62,840 bases of DNA from Pseudomonadota bacterium (GTDB lineage Bacteria; Bdellovibrionota; Bdellovibrionia; Bdellovibrionales; SG-bin7): contig JAWXAY010000007.1 of assembly GCA_034439715.1 (NCBI GenBank), positions 1 through 62,840 of the forward strand, read 5' to 3'. Position numbers and translations under genes: made by a program. How positions within the stretch are numbered: the first letter of the stretch is position 1; every line of letters starts with the position of its first letter. Below the pieces are notes generated by a model. It had not been told where the DNA came from. It saw only the letters and a list, made by a program, of their open reading frames with translations, and ran no database searches. Positions 57,969 through 62,840 of this stretch are shown one piece after another.

Positions 57969-58442
57969 TTGAAATCCACTTACGACGAGATACTAGCCAA
58001 TAGGAAAACGGATCTCACCACCAACATTCATGGCCAGTTTTCAAATAGCAGTTTAGAAAACATTTTAGATTTAGCCAAAAATAAATTTGACGTATTAATT
58101 AAAACACACAATCCAAGTGATGAAGATGGCTTGCAAAAAATTTGGCACCAAGTTGTTGTCGATTTTCATACTAACAATTACTGGGGATTTAAAAAAAATA
58201 CCGAAAGCAATCTTGATCAGACAACTCGAAGCGATGTTAAGAAAGATCTGTCCCTTACCAGCTTTATTCCGGCATTTTTAATTCCGATCATTTTTACCAA
58301 AACCGCAATTTTGTACTTTGGAATTAACTGGGGCAACTACCCTGGCCAAGGTTATGGCTACGGTTTTTTTGCCGCCATCTTATTTGCGGTATGTAGTTTT
58401 ACTTTTTTCTTGTGGCGAAATCGAGGATATAGAGAAGACTAG
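57969..58442 (+). CDS. Hypothetical membrane protein
   Basis: Two C-terminal TM helices around YPGQGYGYG. Confidence 0.6.
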   Translation: MKSTYDEILANRKTDLTTNIHGQFSNSSLENILDLAKNKFDVLIKTHNPSDEDGLQKIWHQVVVDFHTNNYWGFKKNTESNLDQTTRSDVKKDLSLTSFIPAFLIPIIFTKTAILYFGINWGNYPGQGYGYGFFAAILFAVCSFTFFLWRNRGYRED

Positions 58443-58658
58443 GCTACGAAATCTTACTTTTTCATCTCATTCACTAGAAAATCCCAAACCTGGATCGTAA
58501 CCTCACCGCTCGAGGCCTCAGCCCCCAAAAGGACCGGGAAAAACAAATAAAATGGCTGGATTCGAACCGACATTGATCCAGTCTGATTTGATCGGTATTT
58601 CAAACTGCGCCATAGTAGACTAAAATTAATCTAGAAAAAAACTAGGAATAACAACCAG

Positions 58659-59804
58659 ATGGATTCAGAATTAAGCGAGCAAACAGGCGTAGTGTTATCA
58701 GGCGGTGGGGCTCGCGGTTCTTATCAAGCCGGGGCCATCAAAGCGTTGTTTGAAATTGCCTATAAAAATGGAATCCAGAAACCTTACCCCATAATCACTG
58801 GCACAAGCGCTGGCGCCATTAACGCGGCCTTTATGGCCTCAATGATTCACGATTTAAAAAATGGCAGTCAGGCTATACCCGAAGTGTGGTCAAAACTAAA
58901 AACGAATATGGTCATTCGCACTGACACGCTTTCTTTGGGCCGATTAGGCTTTAGACTTTTAAAGGAATTCACCATGGGCTCCTTGATAAAAAAAAAGAAG
59001 GCCATGTCACTACTCGACACGGCACCTTTAAGAGACCTGCTCAATCAAAATATTAACTACACTAACATCCAAAATAACATTCAAAATAAAAATCTGAGAG
59101 CTGTCGCGGTGACTGCAACTAACTATGCCAATTCTAATCGAGTTACTTTTATACAGGGGGTTCCACATTTACAGGGATGGCAAAAGGTGCGGCGCTTTTC
59201 GGATTTCTGTGAACTCAACACGGAACACATTATGGCCTCGTCGGCTATACCGGTGTTTTTTCCACCAATTCAGGTCGGTAACGGCTACTACGGCGATGGC
59301 TGCCTACGTAATTTTACGCCACTTAGTCCCGCCATCAAATTGGGTGCCAGCAAACTCATCGTGATTGGCGTTCAAAAAGAAATAAAACTCGAAGATCCTG
59401 GCTCGGTTAAAATGCCGATCATGCCCACGTTAGCGCGAGTTATTTCTGTCATCACCAATGCTCTACTCATGGATAACGTGTTTTTAGATATTGAACGTCT
59501 CGAACGTATCAATGAAACTGTCAGTTTGATCAAGGATCAAAATTCGGCCTCTGGAAATTTTAAGCCGTTGGAAATACTTCATATCAGGCCCTCTGAAGAC
59601 ATTGGCAAAATTGCTTTTGACGAAGCTGAAAATCTTCCGAGCACGCTTAAATTCTTGATTGATGGTTTAGGTTCGCGCCAAGAGGCTGCTGAACTCATCA
59701 GTTATCTATTATTCGAGACCGGCTTTTGTCGAAAACTAATTGCGATGGGTTACAAAGACACGATGGCCGTCGAGCAAAATGTTTTGAACATTATAAAAGA
59801 TTAA
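58659..59804 (+). CDS. Patatin-like phospholipase
   Basis: GGGARG, GTSAG, DGC. Confidence 0.88.
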   Translation: MDSELSEQTGVVLSGGGARGSYQAGAIKALFEIAYKNGIQKPYPIITGTSAGAINAAFMASMIHDLKNGSQAIPEVWSKLKTNMVIRTDTLSLGRLGFRLLKEFTMGSLIKKKKAMSLLDTAPLRDLLNQNINYTNIQNNIQNKNLRAVAVTATNYANSNRVTFIQGVPHLQGWQKVRRFSDFCELNTEHIMASSAIPVFFPPIQVGNGYYGDGCLRNFTPLSPAIKLGASKLIVIGVQKEIKLEDPGSVKMPIMPTLARVISVITNALLMDNVFLDIERLERINETVSLIKDQNSASGNFKPLEILHIRPSEDIGKIAFDEAENLPSTLKFLIDGLGSRQEAAELISYLLFETGFCRKLIAMGYKDTMAVEQNVLNIIKD

Positions 59805-59815
59805 ACTGATACAGA

Positions 59816-61192
59816 TTAATACCGGTAATGATCCGGTTTAAACGGCCCCATTTTACCAAGACCTAAATATTTCGATTGCTTGTCTGAAAGCTTTGTTAAC
59901 TTCACTCCAATTTTTTCTAAATGAAGAGCAGCCACTTTTTCATCGAGCTCTTTGGGCAAGCGGTAAACTTTTGTCTCTTTGTAAGCCTTGATATTCTGCC
60001 AAAGTTCTAACTGAGCCAACACTTGATTCGAAAATGAATTACTCATTACAAAAGAGGGATGTCCCGTAGCACATCCCAAATTAACTAAACGACCTTTAGC
60101 CAAGACAATAATTTCACGGCCATCGTCGAAAGTGTGAATATCCACCTGCGGTTTTATTTCGCGCATTTTGGTATTGTCATTAAGCCACGCCATATCGATT
60201 TCGATATCAAAGTGACCTATATTACAAACAATCGCTCCTGATTTCATTTTTTTAAAATGTCTTTCAGCAATAATGTCACAACAGCCGGTCGCTGTTACAA
60301 AAATATCACCTTGGGTGCAAGCTTCATCCATCGTGACCACTTGAAAGCCTTCCATGGCGGCCTGAAGCGCACAAATGGGATCAATCTCAGTCACGAGCAC
60401 GCGTGAACCATAGGACATCATCGAGCGGGCACAACCCTTACCCACGTCACCGTAGCCAGCGATGACTACTACTTTTCCAGCGAGCATAACATCAGTCGCG
60501 CGTTTAATTCCGTCAGCCAGCGACTCTCGGCAGCCATAGAGATTATCAAATTTTGACTTAGTCACTGAATCGTTAATATTAATTGCGGGAGCTTTTAATT
60601 TACCTTCTTTATGAAGTTTCTCAAGATTATGAACTCCGGTGGTAGTTTCTTCAGAAATACCAATAATATTTTTCATCAGTGTGGCATAGCGAGATTCATG
60701 CATCATATTAGTGAGATCGCCCCCGTCGTCTAATATGAGATCAAACCCTTTGCCGCCCCAACCATCTATTGTCTGCTCTATACACCACTTAAATTCGTCA
60801 TCAGTTTCGCCCTTCCAGGCAAATACAGGAATTCCTGCTGCGGCCATAGCCACGGCTGCATGATCTTGTGTTGAAAAAATATTGCAAGAGGACCAGCGAA
60901 TTTGTGCACCTAAATGAGTGAGAGTTTCAATCAAGACTGCCGTTTGAATTGTCATATGTAAGCAACCGGCAATTTTGGCGCCTTTGAATGGTTGAGACTT
61001 ACCAAACTCTTTACGGAGCGACATCAAACCCGGCATTTCAGTTTCAGCAATACGAATTTCTTCGCGACCCCAGCGCGCCAGTTCTTTGAAAACTTTGGGA
61101 TCTTCCATCGCGGCCCGACAGACTCGATAGTCGACACCCTTTTGAGTTTTTAGGTTTTTGGTTTTAGTTGGTGCGATAGTTTGCTTTTGCAT
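59816..61192 (-). CDS. ahcY: Adenosylhomocysteinase
   Basis: [40 protein letters not shown]. Confidence 0.96.
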   Translation of the reverse strand: MQKQTIAPTKTKNLKTQKGVDYRVCRAAMEDPKVFKELARWGREEIRIAETEMPGLMSLRKEFGKSQPFKGAKIAGCLHMTIQTAVLIETLTHLGAQIRWSSCNIFSTQDHAAVAMAAAGIPVFAWKGETDDEFKWCIEQTIDGWGGKGFDLILDDGGDLTNMMHESRYATLMKNIIGISEETTTGVHNLEKLHKEGKLKAPAININDSVTKSKFDNLYGCRESLADGIKRATDVMLAGKVVVIAGYGDVGKGCARSMMSYGSRVLVTEIDPICALQAAMEGFQVVTMDEACTQGDIFVTATGCCDIIAERHFKKMKSGAIVCNIGHFDIEIDMAWLNDNTKMREIKPQVDIHTFDDGREIIVLAKGRLVNLGCATGHPSFVMSNSFSNQVLAQLELWQNIKAYKETKVYRLPKELDEKVAALHLEKIGVKLTKLSDKQSKYLGLGKMGPFKPDHYRY

Positions 61193-61282
61193 GATTTTAC
61201 CCTTTGTTATTTTCATAATCGAACTTCGAGATTAGTTGATCCCAATCCCGCAGTCAAAAAAAAAAACTGTCAATGCTTTCGG

Positions 61283-62062
61283 CTAGTCAAGGAGGGTTAA
61301 AATTTGATGGCCAGTATCAGTAATTAGTACGGTATGTTCAAATTGGGCCGAAAGACTGCTATCCCCAGTTTTATAATATTTGATGGTTGAGTTGGGAATA
61401 CCTACTTCTTTGTAGGGTACACCAGTTTCATTTATCATCGGCTCTACCGTAATAGCACACCACGGAACTAAGCGGTCACCACGCCCCTTTTTGCCAAAAG
61501 ATGGTACAAAGGGATCCCCATGAAAGTTCCGTCCAATACCATGCCCGCCAATCTCTTTAACAGTATGGTAGCCTTTACCAGTAACATATTTATTGATGGC
61601 AAAACCGATGTCGCCAGTTGTTCCGCCGGGTTTGACTTCTTCGATTCCCTTATGCATAGCATTGCGGGCACACTCTGTGATCGCCTTAGCCTGACCGCTA
61701 ACGTCGCCCACAAATACAGTTGCCGAAGTATCCCCGTGAAAGCCAAATTTAAATACCGTCACGTCCACATTGATAATGTCGCCATCCTTGAGAATGGATT
61801 CGTCCGGAAGACCGTGACAGATCACGTCGTTAACAGAAGTACAAATCGATTTCGGAAAGCCGTGGTAATTTAATGGCGAGGGAACAGCTTCGTTACTTAA
61901 AATATAGTCGTGTACTATTTTATCTAATTCATTTGTTGATAGGCCAGACTTAACAAACTTAAGAGCGTACGACAAAGTCTGGGCCGCAAGTCTGCAGGAC
62001 TTTTCCATTTCTCTAATTTCACTCATCGACATTGGCGTCATAGGCCTCTGATTATAGGTCAC
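61283..62062 (-). CDS. map: Methionine aminopeptidase type I
   Basis: CTSVNDVICHG, GFHGDTS, GHGIG, EPMIN, AQFEHT. Confidence 0.95.
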   Translation of the reverse strand: MTYNQRPMTPMSMSEIREMEKSCRLAAQTLSYALKFVKSGLSTNELDKIVHDYILSNEAVPSPLNYHGFPKSICTSVNDVICHGLPDESILKDGDIINVDVTVFKFGFHGDTSATVFVGDVSGQAKAITECARNAMHKGIEEVKPGGTTGDIGFAINKYVTGKGYHTVKEIGGHGIGRNFHGDPFVPSFGKKGRGDRLVPWCAITVEPMINETGVPYKEVGIPNSTIKYYKTGDSSLSAQFEHTVLITDTGHQILTLLD

Positions 62063-62093
62063 AGTCCTATAAATTTCAAGACTACAAAAACAA

Positions 62094-62118
62094 AAAGCCC
62101 ACTGTTTAGGTGGGCTTT
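62094..62118 (-). terminator. Intrinsic terminator of the SWIB gene
   Basis: AAAGCCCAC..GTGGGCTTT with T-tract on the minus strand. Confidence 0.75.
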
Positions 62119-62154
62119 CTGAAATAGCATTTCTGCTAAAAAATTCTCGATCAA

Positions 62155-62454
62155 TTAGCTAAGATGTTTAGCTACGATTTTGTTCATTTCGAACATAGAG
62201 AAAGTTTTTTTACCGAACACAGCTTGCATTTTCATGTCAGGAACGATGTTTCTTCGGTTCTTTTTATCTTGGAGATCATTCTTTTTAATGTAAGCCCAAA
62301 GTTTTTTAACAACTTGTGTTCTTGGAAGTGGTGATGAACCAACTAGTTCTGCAAGAGCAGCCGAGGGTTTTAGGGGTCTCATGAAAGCTGCATTAGGTTT
62401 TCTTTTTGCAGTTTTCTTCTTAGTAGTCGTTTTCTTTTTAGTAGCTTTTGCCAT
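62155..62454 (-). CDS. SWIB/MDM2 domain protein with Lys-rich N-terminus
   Basis: PSAALAELVG...PRTQVVKKLWAYIKKNDLQD..NRRNI. Confidence 0.9.
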   Translation of the reverse strand: MAKATKKKTTTKKKTAKRKPNAAFMRPLKPSAALAELVGSSPLPRTQVVKKLWAYIKKNDLQDKKNRRNIVPDMKMQAVFGKKTFSMFEMNKIVAKHLS

Positions 62455-62840
62455 TACGATTATCCTCCGTATGGGTGTTGTTAATATAAGGTCTAGCACC
62501 TTCAATACGTACATCATATACACAATCGGTCGAAAGTCCAAAAGAATAATTCAAGTATACGAAGTTTTTTTCATTCTCCCGAAGAGTGGGAATGCCCAAA
62601 GAAACTAGTTTCGCTGAGATTTTAAGAGCTAAAATGACTGAAAGTAACTGTTTTACAGAGGGAAAAACCAAATCATGGAATCAAAGCACAGGACCATTTC
62701 CCTCTGAAAAAGGCACTTATCTTGACCTTGACATCCTGTCGTTCACTCTGAAAAGCGACGTTTTTCGCTCTATAAAACCTCCGATTAGAACAGATTTTAT
62801 ACTATACAAAAGTGAAAAAGCAAAGTACCCCGTCCCTCCC

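Noticed and set aside
58553..58582. GGATTCGAACC, reverse complement of a tRNA T-loop
   Set aside because: T-stem pairs poorly and no acceptor, D or anticodon arms can be built.
1..62840. CRISPR arrays, rRNA, complete tRNA genes, IS transposases, retron/RT or defence genes
   Set aside because: No regularly spaced repeats or recognisable motifs seen by eye; most remaining short ORFs in the track are antisense or frame shadows of long genes.

Overview
About 41% GC bacterial DNA; gene content (TIGR02147-like protein, SWIB/MDM2 protein, many orphan secreted proteins) suggests Bdellovibrionota, which is an inference. Positions 1 to ~44254 look like the right part of an integrative conjugative element (ICE) whose left end lies outside the window. 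It has a compact VirB2-B3-B4-B5-B6-B8-B9-B10-VirD4 conjugation operon with no recognisable VirB11, a Replic_Relax-type relaxase, a highly structured candidate oriT, excisionase, tyrosine integrase, and an att site matching a tRNA-Pro 3' end. Cargo includes a CsoR copper regulon, merR-merT-merP plus a CMD-family gene, a czc-like RND system with His/Cys-rich RPP-ending leader ORFs, a PhoB/PhoR-like glycolipid module and ars genes. The best candidate for an undescribed system is a six-gene operon (16948-22911): OppA-like binding protein, histidine kinase, sigma54 activator, prolyl-aminopeptidase-like hydrolase, small secreted protein and ICMT-like methyltransferase. Its upstream CTGACA-N4-TGTCAG palindrome recurs upstream of the conjugation operon, suggesting a self-encoded pheromone/quorum circuit controlling transfer. 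Right of the att site are accessory genes, an ECF-sigma-controlled cus-like efflux operon and housekeeping genes (patatin, ahcY, map, SWIB). All assignments come from reading motifs by eye; no database searches were run.
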